DNA of 64,000 nt from Armatimonadota bacterium (GTDB taxonomy: Bacteria > Armatimonadota > SYMT01): assembly GCA_041690135.1 (NCBI GenBank), contig JAWLHY010000002.1:192001-256000 (forward strand), given 5' to 3'. A model generated the notes under the pieces. The model was given only the letters and a program-made list of their open reading frames with translations, was not told the origin of the DNA and made no database searches. How positions within the stretch are numbered: position 1 is the stretch's first letter; every line of letters starts with the position of its first letter. The translations under genes were made by a program, and so were the position numbers. Below are positions 18,832 through 27,893 of this stretch, in pieces.

Positions 18832-19782
18832 ATGATGATGAACCAAGCACGATGGCTGGCCGCCGGCCTGGGCGTGTTGTTGGCGACCACGATCGCTCAC
18901 CCCGCCTCCGCCGCCCGCAAGCTGAACAAACCTCCGAAGGGCTTCAAAGCCCTGTTCAACGGCAAGGACCTCACCAACTGGAAGGGGCTCATCGAGCTGC
19001 CCCAGCGGAAGAAGCTGAACGCCGAGCAGATGGTCCAGGCCCAGGCGAAAGCCGATGAGCTGATGCGGGCGCACTGGTCGGTGCAGGACGGCATCCTCAT
19101 CTATGACGGCAAGGGCCAGAGCCTGCAGACGATCAAGGACTACGGCGACTTCGAGCTGTACGTGGACTGGAAGATCCAGGCCAAGGGGGACAGCGGCATC
19201 TACCTCCGCGGCAATCCGCAGGTGCAGATCTGGGAGGACCCGGTCGGCTCGGGAGGGCTCTTCAACAACAAGCAGAACCCCAGCAAGCCGCTAATGGTGG
19301 CCGACCACCCGGTGGGCCAGTGGAACACCTTCTACATCAAGATGGTGGGTGATCGGGTTACCATCAAGCTGAACGACAAGCTGGTGGTGGACAACACTCC
19401 CCTGGAGAACTACTGGGAGCGCGGCAAGCCGCTGCCGGCGACCGGCCCGATCGAGCTTCAGCACCACGGCAACCGCCTGGAGTTCCGGAACATCTTCGTC
19501 CGCGAGTTGCCCGACCCTTCCGTCGCCGCCGCGAGCGCGGTCTCCATGGAGCTGATCGAGACCCCGCTGGCCGAGGCGCTGCGGCGTGCCGGCGCGAAGG
19601 GCGGCGTGACGGTGGTGGTGGATGACCCGAACGGCCTCCTGACCGGACGCCGTGTCGGCTACCTCAAGCTGGACGGCGCCTCGGCGGAGGATGCAGTGGG
19701 CCAGATCGCCGGGGCCGCGGGAGCCCACGTTTACCAGGACAACCTGGGTGTTTACCACGTCACCGCCCGGCGCGTGAAGTAA
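18832..19782 (+). CDS. Secreted DUF1080 (3-keto-disaccharide hydrolase-like) protein with C-terminal STN-like domain
   Basis: LFNGKDLTNW, YGDFEL, GDSGIYLRG, GQWN, IELQHHG, FRNI. Confidence 0.88.
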   Translation: MMMNQARWLAAGLGVLLATTIAHPASAARKLNKPPKGFKALFNGKDLTNWKGLIELPQRKKLNAEQMVQAQAKADELMRAHWSVQDGILIYDGKGQSLQTIKDYGDFELYVDWKIQAKGDSGIYLRGNPQVQIWEDPVGSGGLFNNKQNPSKPLMVADHPVGQWNTFYIKMVGDRVTIKLNDKLVVDNTPLENYWERGKPLPATGPIELQHHGNRLEFRNIFVRELPDPSVAAASAVSMELIETPLAEALRRAGAKGGVTVVVDDPNGLLTGRRVGYLKLDGASAEDAVGQIAGAAGAHVYQDNLGVYHVTARRVK

Positions 19783-19807
19783 GGCAGATCCTGGTCCATA
19801 AAAAGAT

Positions 19808-19836
19808 AACGGCCGCTCCACCTCGGAGCGGCCGTT
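19808..19836. terminator. Hairpin between the convergent DUF1080 gene and tRNA
   Basis: AACGGCCGCTCC-ACCTC-GGAGCGGCCGTT with T-rich flanks. Confidence 0.75.
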
Positions 19837-19845
19837 TCTCATGGT

Positions 19846-19916
19846 CTCCCGGACAAGGATTCGAACCTCGATTCACGGCTCCAAAGGCCGCTGTCCTACC
19901 ATTAGACGATCCGGGA
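19846..19916 (-). tRNA. tRNA-Gln(TTG)
   Basis: Acceptor TCCCGGA/TCCGGGA, D-arm with AATGGT, anticodon arm GCGGC-CT TTG GA-GCCGT, T-arm CGAGG-TTCGAAT-CCTTG, discriminator G. Confidence 0.95.
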
Positions 19917-20016
19917 CCGCCGGAGCCCGTAAGCCCCGTGCCCAACCAGTATACCTGCCGGCCCGTCTCCACGCAAGTCCGCACCGGCAATTGATCCATT
20001 CTGGTAGACACCATCA

Positions 20017-20053
20017 AACATAGCTGGGCGATCCATCATCGCCCAGCTATGTT
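20017..20053 (-). terminator. 16-bp inverted repeat downstream of the ferritin-like gene
   Basis: AACATAGCTGGGCGAT-CCATC-ATCGCCCAGCTATGTT. Confidence 0.7.
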
Positions 20054-20103
20054 CAGACGCCCCAGGGGGTGTTCCCACCGCCTGGATAGATCCTACGTCG
20101 GGC

Positions 20104-20610
20104 TTACGCCGCCTGCTTCACCGCCTCCAGGTTGATGTGGCTCTCGGCGATGCGGCTCAGCTTATGGTCGGTGTTGCCTTCCTCTTCCAGGGTCTGCTGG
20201 AGCAGGTTGGCGACTTGAGAATGGCCGAGCTGGCGAGCCCAGGTGCGCGCCGTGCCGTAGCCCGCGATTTCGTAGTGCTCCACCTTCTGGGCCGCACCAA
20301 TGAGACCCGCGTCGATCACTTCCGGGTCGCCGCCCTTCTTCATGATCTCCTGGCCTTCTTTAATGATGCCCTGCACGCCCGGGCAGCTCTTGCGGTCGGC
20401 CTTCTCGCCCATCAACTGGAACACCTGCTCCAGGCGACTCACCTGGTTCTTCGTCTCTTCCAGGTGCATCTTGAACGCCTGCTTGAGGTCGGGCGAGTGC
20501 GCGGCATCGGCCATTTTCGGCAGCGCATCGATGATATGGTGCTCGGCGTCGTAGAGGTCCTTCAGTTCGTGAATCAGCAGTTCCTGAAGATTATCTTTCT
20601 TATCGAACAT
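20104..20610 (-). CDS. Ferritin-like DUF892 (YciE/YciF) protein
   Basis: ELKDLYDAE, HLEET, AQKVEHYEIAGYGT, EEEGNTD. Confidence 0.93.
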   Translation of the reverse strand: MFDKKDNLQELLIHELKDLYDAEHHIIDALPKMADAAHSPDLKQAFKMHLEETKNQVSRLEQVFQLMGEKADRKSCPGVQGIIKEGQEIMKKGGDPEVIDAGLIGAAQKVEHYEIAGYGTARTWARQLGHSQVANLLQQTLEEEGNTDHKLSRIAESHINLEAVKQAA

Positions 20611-20742
20611 ACGCTGGTCTCCTTTCCCTTCCGAACGTGCCGTCGCGGAGGACGGCGCGCCCGGACGGTTCTTTCCCGACCCGCGGTCGGAGGAAACCAG
20701 CCGGTCTCCACGAACGGGCGATCTCTCTCGCCCCACCTCAAG

Positions 20743-21303
20743 CTACCGAACCCCGCCGATCGCCACGATGAACTCGCCCTCGTCGGTGAGGCGCAGTCCC
20801 ACGTTCCCGGCGTAGCGGATGCGTCCGGTGCGCCCGACGATCGGCACGGCGGCCACGTCGCTGCGCAGGCCGTCGGAGTAGGCGGCCCCGTTGATCGTGA
20901 GCGCCCCGATGTTGCTGAAGCGCATGGTCAGGTTCACAAAGTAGGTCGGGTCGCTGCTGTCGATGACCGTACCCTCCCAGGTCCCGACCACGCGGTTGCT
21001 ACTGTCGACCAGCGATCCGTTGCCGATGAAGATGTCGCCGCGCGAGAACTCACCATCCAGATCGACATCCACCAGGGAAGCATCCCCATCCAGCGCCAGC
21101 GTGTAGTAGGGGCCCCGCACCGACTGCGCCTGCACTCGCGAGGCCTGCGGTCCCGCTCCCTGGCTTTGCATCGCCAGCCCGCGCAGGGCCGCCTTGGCCT
21201 TGAACCCGTTCAACTTGCGTGCGGCCTGGGCCCGCAGCGGACCGTAAGTGGCGCCGACCAGGACCGTCGCCACGGCCAGGCCCGCGTAAAAGGATCGTGA
21301 CAT
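20743..21303 (-). CDS. Secreted protein, dirigent/allene-oxide-cyclase-like barrel (inferred)
   Basis: Signal peptide; SRGDIF, VVG, GALT and PIVGRTG motifs. Confidence 0.7.
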   Translation of the reverse strand: MSRSFYAGLAVATVLVGATYGPLRAQAARKLNGFKAKAALRGLAMQSQGAGPQASRVQAQSVRGPYYTLALDGDASLVDVDLDGEFSRGDIFIGNGSLVDSSNRVVGTWEGTVIDSSDPTYFVNLTMRFSNIGALTINGAAYSDGLRSDVAAVPIVGRTGRIRYAGNVGLRLTDEGEFIVAIGGVR

Positions 21304-21496
21304 CGTTCGGTTCTCCCTCGTTGGATGGTTCTTGCGCCGGGTAACCTGGGGGACAGGGGAAAGTTGCGGAGGCGCTGTACCGGCAAGCGCCCCTCGCACA
21401 GGGGACCCCCACCGGTGAAAGCCGGTTCCCTCTAGTTTACGGAGCCGCGGAAAACTTGTACCGCGGGCCTGCGAAAAACGCTACAATTGATGCGCT

Positions 21497-22003
21497 ATGC
21501 GTAAGTTTGGAGCCATCGCGCTCAGCTGGTTACACCAGGTCGCGTTCGCGGTCTGGCTGGGAGGCCTGGCGGCCCTGGGGGCCATCGGCGCGCCCGCGGT
21601 GTTCCGGACCGCCAAGAACATGGGGCACCGCGAGTGGGGCGCCCCGATGTACAATTTCGCGGGGGATGCCGTCGGCGAGATCTTCCGGCGGTTCAATTAC
21701 GTCGCCCTCGTTGCGGGGTTGATCGTGCTGGTGGCGGGATTGGGATACGGACTCCTCGTCGGTATGAACCGGAAAGGGTTAATGGTCCGCGCCCTGCTGA
21801 CCGCCGCCGGTATCGGCATCACCGCCTGGCTCACCTTCGGGCTCTACCCGGAGATGCTGACCCTCCGCGCGCAGGAGCGCATGCCCGAGTTCGACCGCCT
21901 GCACGTGACGTATGGTCTCGGCTTCCGGATCGAGGCATATCTCCTGCTCGGCATCGCGGCCCTCACTGCCTGGCTCCACCTCGACAGGATAAAGAGCCAG
22001 TAG
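21497..22003 (+). CDS. DUF4149-like membrane protein
   Basis: Four TM segments, VWLGG...APAVF, FDRLH. Confidence 0.8.
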   Translation: MRKFGAIALSWLHQVAFAVWLGGLAALGAIGAPAVFRTAKNMGHREWGAPMYNFAGDAVGEIFRRFNYVALVAGLIVLVAGLGYGLLVGMNRKGLMVRALLTAAGIGITAWLTFGLYPEMLTLRAQERMPEFDRLHVTYGLGFRIEAYLLLGIAALTAWLHLDRIKSQ

Positions 22004-22050
22004 AGGATAAGGATAAGGACGGCAGGCGGATAAGGATAATGATAAGGAAG
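22004..22050 (+). repeat. (GATAAG)n hexamer tract
   Basis: Starts right after the stop codon. Confidence 0.7.
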
Positions 22051-22197
22051 CCCGTCTCTACCAGGCGGGGCCAACTCACCTTATCCGTTCGATCCGGCCC
22101 ATCCGTCTGAATGCTTGCTTTTGGAGACGGCGAGTAACCCGCAGAAACTCACGAACCCAGCCGGTTCGAGTTACGCATTACGCAACACACAATACGC

Positions 22198-23661
22198 ATG
22201 CACATCGGAACACCTGCCATCGAGCGGCCGCCGGTAGACGCCGCTTTCATCGAGGAACTGCGGCGCATCTGCGGTTCGGACGCGGTGCTCGCCGGGCGCG
22301 ACGAGACGCTGGTCTATGACTGCGACGCGTTCGTGATCCAGAAGCAGTATCCGGACGTGGTGGTGCTGCCCGGCACCACGGAGCAGGTGTCCCGCATCGT
22401 GCGCCTCTGCTCCGAACGCGGGATCCCATTTGTCGGGCGCGGCGCCGGAACCGGCCTGGCCGGCGGAGCGCTGCCGCTCCAGGGTGGGGTGATCATCGCC
22501 CTGACCCGGATGAAACAGATCCTGGAAGTGGACTACCGCAACCGGCGCATCCGCGCGCAGGCGGGAGTGGTCAACCTGAACCTCACCCGCGCGGTGACGT
22601 CCGACGGCTACCACTACGCGCCGGACCCCAGCAGCCAGATGGCCTGCACCATCGGCGGCAACGTGGCCAACAACTCCGGCGGTCCGCACACGCTCAAGTA
22701 CGGGGTCACCGTGAACCACGTCCTCGGCGTTACGCTGGTGTTGCCGGACGGCGAAGTCGTGGAACTGGGCGGTATGGAAGAAGAGCACCCCGGCTACGAC
22801 CTCACCGGGATCGTGGTCGGCTCCGAAGGCACCTTCGGGATCGTCACCGAAGTGGTGGCACGCCTGGTCCGCAACCCCCCCGCGATCCGCACGCTCCTCG
22901 CCGTGTTCAATACCGTTGAAGACGCCACCAACACGGTTTCCGGCATCATCGCCGCGGGGATCGTCCCGGCCGCCCTGGAGATGATGGACAAGCTCATCCT
23001 GGAAGCAGTGGAAGCCGCCTTCAAGTTCGGCTTCCCCACGGACGCGGGCGCCTGTCTCATCATCGAGTTGGATGGCCTGGAAGCGGGGATCGACCAGCAG
23101 GTGGAGCGGGTGAAGGAGATCTGTAACCGCAACGCCGCGCGGGAGATCCGGACCGCCCGCCCCGGCCCGGAACGGGATGCGCTCTGGAAGGCGCGGAAAC
23201 GTGCGTTCGGGGCCTGCGGTCGCCTGGCGCCCAGCAACGTGACCCAGGACGGCGTGATCCCCCGGACCAAGTTGCCGCAGATGCTCGGAGCCATCGATGA
23301 GATCGTGGGTCGTCACGGCCTCCGCTGCGCCAACGTTTTCCACGCCGGGGACGGCAACCTCCATCCGCTTATCCTGTTCGATGAGAAAGAGCCGGAGCAG
23401 GTGCGGCACATGCTGGAAGCGAGCGAGGAGATCCTGCGCATGTGCGTCTCGCTCGGCGGCAGCATCACCGGGGAGCACGGCATCGGAATCGAGAAGAGCG
23501 GCTTTATCACCTGCCAGTTCAGCGAGAAGGACCTGGAAGTGATGGGGCAGCTCAAGGCCGTTTTCGATCCCCATGGGCTGTGCAATCCCGGCAAGATGTT
23601 CCCCACGGGCCACGGCTGTATGGAAGTCACCATGAAGAAACGCCGCTCCGTAGCGCTCTGA
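22198..23661 (+). CDS. glcD: Glycolate oxidase FAD subunit
   Basis: RGAGTGLAGG, PDPSSQMACTIGGN, KYGVT, HAGDGNLHP, GEHGIG, NPGK. Confidence 0.92.
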   Translation: MHIGTPAIERPPVDAAFIEELRRICGSDAVLAGRDETLVYDCDAFVIQKQYPDVVVLPGTTEQVSRIVRLCSERGIPFVGRGAGTGLAGGALPLQGGVIIALTRMKQILEVDYRNRRIRAQAGVVNLNLTRAVTSDGYHYAPDPSSQMACTIGGNVANNSGGPHTLKYGVTVNHVLGVTLVLPDGEVVELGGMEEEHPGYDLTGIVVGSEGTFGIVTEVVARLVRNPPAIRTLLAVFNTVEDATNTVSGIIAAGIVPAALEMMDKLILEAVEAAFKFGFPTDAGACLIIELDGLEAGIDQQVERVKEICNRNAAREIRTARPGPERDALWKARKRAFGACGRLAPSNVTQDGVIPRTKLPQMLGAIDEIVGRHGLRCANVFHAGDGNLHPLILFDEKEPEQVRHMLEASEEILRMCVSLGGSITGEHGIGIEKSGFITCQFSEKDLEVMGQLKAVFDPHGLCNPGKMFPTGHGCMEVTMKKRRSVAL

Positions 23662-23666
23662 ATTCC

Positions 23667-24944
23667 ATGGAAAACATAGTAGGGAGTGAGAATTTACTGA
23701 CTGGCGCGGAGACGGCCCCTTATGCCCTGGGCGGCATCGCGCCGGGGGCCGTGGCGTTTCCGGGCTCTCGGGAGGAAGTGGCCGCGCTGGTGCGGCTGGC
23801 GGGGGAGAACGGCTGGTCGCTGGTGCCCCACGGCGGCGGCACCCAGTGGGAAACGGGTTTCCCGCCGGAGCGGTTCGATCTGGTGGTTTCCCTACGGCGC
23901 ATGGACCGGGTGGTGGACTACCAGCCGGACGACATGACGATCACCGTGGAGCCGGGAATCCCCCTGGCGACGCTGCAGCAAACCCTGGCCGAACGGCGCC
24001 AGTTCTTGCCGCTCAACCCGCCCCTCCCCGAACGGGCCACTGCCGGCGGGACGGTAGCGGCGGCGGCGGTGGGCCCCTGGGGCGCCGGCTACGGCAGCCC
24101 GCGGGACTGGGTGATCGGCTGCCGGGTCGTCGGGGCGGATGCGCAGGAAGTGCGCGGCGGCGGCCTGGTGGTGAAGAACGTGGCGGGCTATGACCTCCCC
24201 AAACTTTACACCGGCTCGTTCGGCACGCTCGGCATCCTAACGGAAGTTACCTTCAAAGTGATGCCCGCACCGGCGGACCGCGCCTACTGCCGGGTGTTCC
24301 TGCAGAAGGCGGAGGATGCGGAAACTCTGGTGGGCCGCATCCGGGATTCCGATCTCATCCCGGCCTCCGTGGAATTGGTGCACACCGTCCTGTGGCAGTC
24401 GACCTCCGGGCCGGTGGTCGACCGCCCCTGGACCCTATTCCTCGAATTCCACCACGTGCCGGAGGCGCTCCAGTGGCAGTTGGACCAGGTAGGCCAAATG
24501 GCGCGCGATCTCGACGCGGGGTTCGATGCGCTCCCTGCCGCCGCGGGGGAACCGCTTCTGGCCGCGCTCCGGGACCGCCCGGCCCGGCACCGGCTGATCG
24601 CGAAGCTGGTGGTGGTGAGCTCGCGTGTCGCGGGCACGGCGGCCGCCCTGACCGGCTGGTGCGAGAAACGGGGCCTCCCGCCCCTGGTGGTGGCCCATGC
24701 GGTGACCGGCCAAGTCTACCTGTGCGCCGACGGGGATTTTGCGGAGGCGGACGTCCAGGCGATCCGCGAGATTGCCCAGGCTCACCGGGGCTCGTGCGTG
24801 TTCCAGCGCCTGCCGGAGCCGCTCGTTGGGGCGATCGATCCGTGGGGAACCGCTGGGCCGGAGCTGCGGCTGATGCAGGGCATCAAGACCGCCCTGGACC
24901 CCACCGGCCTCTTCAGCCCAGGGCGCTTCGTCGGTCATCTCTGA
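23667..24944 (+). CDS. glcE: Glycolate oxidase FAD-binding subunit
   Basis: GGLVVKNVAGYDLPKL, GSFGTLG, LDPTGLFSPGR; lies between glcD and glcF. Confidence 0.9.
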   Translation: MENIVGSENLLTGAETAPYALGGIAPGAVAFPGSREEVAALVRLAGENGWSLVPHGGGTQWETGFPPERFDLVVSLRRMDRVVDYQPDDMTITVEPGIPLATLQQTLAERRQFLPLNPPLPERATAGGTVAAAAVGPWGAGYGSPRDWVIGCRVVGADAQEVRGGGLVVKNVAGYDLPKLYTGSFGTLGILTEVTFKVMPAPADRAYCRVFLQKAEDAETLVGRIRDSDLIPASVELVHTVLWQSTSGPVVDRPWTLFLEFHHVPEALQWQLDQVGQMARDLDAGFDALPAAAGEPLLAALRDRPARHRLIAKLVVVSSRVAGTAAALTGWCEKRGLPPLVVAHAVTGQVYLCADGDFAEADVQAIREIAQAHRGSCVFQRLPEPLVGAIDPWGTAGPELRLMQGIKTALDPTGLFSPGRFVGHL

Positions 24945-24958
24945 TAGTCCGAACCGGA

Positions 24959-25180
24959 TTCACCGCAGAGACGCCGAGAACGCTGAGGGAACGCGGAGAG
25001 ATGGAAAGAGGATGATGAGACAAACCTGGGATGTCCGGCTAGACTCCAGAGGGCGTGGATCGTGGAGTGGATTACCTAAAGCGTGTGCTGAAAGCCGACA
25101 AGGGAGGGGGCCTTGCTGCGGCCGGATCCCGGTGGTCTCCATTGTTTCTCTCTCTGTGCTCTCTGCGTCTCTGCGGTTAA
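24959..25180. repeat. Inverted pair of ACCGCAGAGACGC repeats
   Basis: TTCACCGCAGAGACGCCGAG at about 24959 and CTCTGCGTCTCTGCGGTTAA at about 25161; related copy at 26487. Confidence 0.7.
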
Positions 25181-25186
25181 CAAGAA

Positions 25187-26473
25187 ATGTCTGAATTACC
25201 AGTAATCCCCGGCCTGGATACGGAAGATCTCATGGACTGCGTCCACTGCGGGATCTGTCTCTCCGCGTGCCCGACGTACGACCTCCTGGGCACGGAGGGC
25301 GACTCGCCGCGGGGCCGGATTTACCTGGTCCGGGCACTGGCCGAGGGGCGGACCGAGCTGAACGAGAGCGTGGTGAAGCACTTCGACAGTTGCCTCGGCT
25401 GCCGGGCATGCGAAACGGCCTGTCCGTCCGCTGTCCACTACGGGGAGTTCCTCACGGTGATCCGCGACGAGATCGAGCGGAAGCACCCGCGCTCGTCCCG
25501 AGAGCAGACCTCCCGCAAGCTGCTGTTGGACCTCCTCACCAACCCGCGCAAGATGGCGCCGCTGATGGTGGGTGCGAAGGCGATGAACGGCCTCTTTGGC
25601 TCGAAGAGCGGGCCGGTGGCCATGGTCAACCGCTACCTCTTTGGTCCCAACGCGCCGGCGGTGCCCGTCCCGGAGGAAGTCGGTTTTACGGTCAAGCCGC
25701 TGCCGGAATTCACCCCCGCCCGCGGCGAGAAGCGCGCCCGCGTGGCGGTGCTGGCCGGCTGCGTGATGCAGGTGCTCTTCCAGCGGGTCAACCGCGCCAC
25801 CGTGCGGGTGCTGGCGGAGAACGGCTGCGACGTGCTGGTCCCGCGCAGCCTGGGCTGCTGCGGCGCCTTCCACATGCACAACGGCTACCTGGACGAAGCG
25901 CGCGACCGGGCGCGGGCGCTGATCGAGGCATTCGAGAAGGAGCCGGTGGACGCCCTGATCATCAACAGCGCCGGCTGCGGCTCCAGCATCAAGGAGTACC
26001 CGGAGGTCTTCCACGCCGCCGCGGACGGCGACCGGAGCTGGGAAGAGCGTGCCCGCGCCATCGCCGCTAAGGCGAAGGACATCAGCGAGTTCCTGCACGA
26101 GCTGGGCCTGCGCCCGCCCACCCGCGAGCTGCCGAAGCGGGTGGCCTACCACGACGCCTGCCACCTGGCCCACGGCCAGAAGATCCGCACCCAGCCCCGC
26201 GAGCTCCTCCAGGCAATCCCCGGCCTCGAGCTGGTGGAGTTCGCCAACTCGGACTGGTGCTGCGGCAGCGCCGGGATCTACAACTTCCTCCAGCCGGAGT
26301 TGGCCGGTCAACTCCAGGAGAAGAAGGTGACCAACATCCTGGACGTCGACCCGGAGATGGTCGTGATGGGAAACCCCGGCTGCCACTCCTGGATCGAATC
26401 CGGTATCCGCTCCCGCGGCAAGACTATCCCCGTCAAGCACACTGTGGAAGTCCTCGACGAGGCGTACGGGTAA
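25187..26473 (+). CDS. glcF: Glycolate oxidase iron-sulfur subunit
   Basis: CVHCGICLSACPT, CLGCRACETACP, two CCG domains. Confidence 0.93.
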   Translation: MSELPVIPGLDTEDLMDCVHCGICLSACPTYDLLGTEGDSPRGRIYLVRALAEGRTELNESVVKHFDSCLGCRACETACPSAVHYGEFLTVIRDEIERKHPRSSREQTSRKLLLDLLTNPRKMAPLMVGAKAMNGLFGSKSGPVAMVNRYLFGPNAPAVPVPEEVGFTVKPLPEFTPARGEKRARVAVLAGCVMQVLFQRVNRATVRVLAENGCDVLVPRSLGCCGAFHMHNGYLDEARDRARALIEAFEKEPVDALIINSAGCGSSIKEYPEVFHAAADGDRSWEERARAIAAKAKDISEFLHELGLRPPTRELPKRVAYHDACHLAHGQKIRTQPRELLQAIPGLELVEFANSDWCCGSAGIYNFLQPELAGQLQEKKVTNILDVDPEMVVMGNPGCHSWIESGIRSRGKTIPVKHTVEVLDEAYG

Positions 26474-26646
26474 CCGGGACCAGGCTCACCGCAAAGACGC
26501 AAAGGAGCGCAAAGGACCGCAAAGATGTCGGAGTCTCGCACCAAGCGGCCAAACAGGCACCATTCGGGTGTAGCTTAGGATACGCTGCGACGCGGTTCGG
26601 ATCACGTGGCGGAAGATGTCAAAGCCTTCGAGAAGAAGGAAGACGG

Positions 26647-26864
26647 CGTCATTGCGAAGGAGCCTTAGCGACTGCGAGTTCACCCGGCGAAGCATAGGGC
26701 AATCCCCCTGTCCTTTACATCCCCACCTTTGTGACCGTGCACTGGCGTTGCAGAACCACGTGCGGAACATTGCGCCGAAGAGCCGCCCACAGTGGCCAAG
26801 AACTTGCTCCATTCACCAGGGGATTTGCCGCGCCAGGATCCCGCGAACGGGAGGCTCGGAATGA
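26647..26864. repeat. CGTC-type REP-like element
   Basis: CGTCATTGCGAAGGAGC...GCAATCCCC...GGGGATTTGCC...GCTCGGAATGA; related to 63381-63485. Confidence 0.55.
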
Positions 26865-27119
26865 TGGAACACTGCGACGCGCTCCGATGCCCCGCATGGT
26901 TTCGCAGGCAATTTGCCGAGGCGCTTGCGTGGTGCAGCGGCCGCGCCTCACTCGATGACCCGGAACATTGCCTGCGCTCTCGGGAGCTTCAACCCGATCT
27001 TGGATCCTCTCCGGAAGGGGCACGGTGGCTCGAGGTCAACCGGAGTGGCTGCGGGAGTTTGCCGGGCAACTGCGGTAACGGGCGCTTCTGTCGAAAGGCG
27101 TGGAACTGGAGCGAGTCCC

Positions 27120-27144
27120 AACTATCCGGAATTTCCGGATAGTT
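27120..27144 (-). terminator. 11-bp inverted repeat downstream of the TfoX gene
   Basis: AACTATCCGGA-ATT-TCCGGATAGTT. Confidence 0.55.
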
Positions 27145-27192
27145 CAAGCGGAAGGCCGCAACCTGGGACTTGAACGAAGACCGGTAGCGGTG

Positions 27193-27525
27193 TTATCGCT
27201 TCGGGGGCAGGGTGGCGGCGAAGGCGGCGGCGCGGTCGAGCCAGCGCTGGAGATCCGCGTCCGACGCGTAGCCGGCGGGGTCGACGTAGACCATTGAGCG
27301 CATGGCCCGGCCCGTGAAGTCCATCTCTCGCACGTGGGGCTCCTCAAGGGCGGCGGCCGCGGCTTCCGGTCCGAGGCGGAGCATCAGGTCGGAGCCCACC
27401 AGGCCGCAGCACATGTTGCCGTAGAGCATGAAGCAGAGGCCACCGAACATCTTCCGTTCGGAGTAGCCGTCGCGGGTTTCCAGGAGGGCGCGGACCCGGT
27501 CCGCCGCCGGTTCATCGTAAGCCAT
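27193..27525 (-). CDS. TfoX/Sxy N-terminal-domain protein
   Basis: MAYDE, ERKMFGGLCFM, MDFTGR, LPPK. Confidence 0.9.
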   Translation of the reverse strand: MAYDEPAADRVRALLETRDGYSERKMFGGLCFMLYGNMCCGLVGSDLMLRLGPEAAAAALEEPHVREMDFTGRAMRSMVYVDPAGYASDADLQRWLDRAAAFAATLPPKR

Positions 27526-27730
27526 CGGTACTTCCGGGGGCAGGGAGGAGCACAGGGGCGAACAACCCCTCGCCGACTTACTCTTACTCCTGCTCCTACC
27601 TCACTCCTCCCGCCTCGGAAGCAAATAGGCGACTAAAGTCGCAGGCTGAAAAGGCGCGAAGTCGGCCTACGCCGACTTACTCTTGCTCTTAACTCTTACT
27701 GCAGCCGATCGTGCGAACCCATAGCTAACG

Positions 27731-27864
27731 TCCTGAACACCCGAACCCCCGAATATTTACGCCCCACGGGGGTGCCCGAACGTTTACCCCCCATAGGGGG
27801 GCCTGAACGTTTACCCCCCACAGGGGGACCTGAACGTTTACCCCCATAGGGGGGCCTGAACACC
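27731..27864 (+). repeat. Four tandem 26-27-bp TTTAC-hairpin units
   Basis: CC(C/T)GAACGTTTACCCCCCA(T/C)AGGGGG repeated head to tail with no spacers. Confidence 0.92.
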
Positions 27865-27893
27865 GGCGGACGGGACGTCCGCGCTCCCAACGC

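Noticed and set aside
19846-21400. tRNA-anchored genomic island or prophage
   Set aside because: No integrase, phage genes or duplicated tRNA 3' end found
27731-27864. Possible CRISPR array
   Set aside because: The palindromic units are head to tail with no unique spacers, and there are no cas genes in the window
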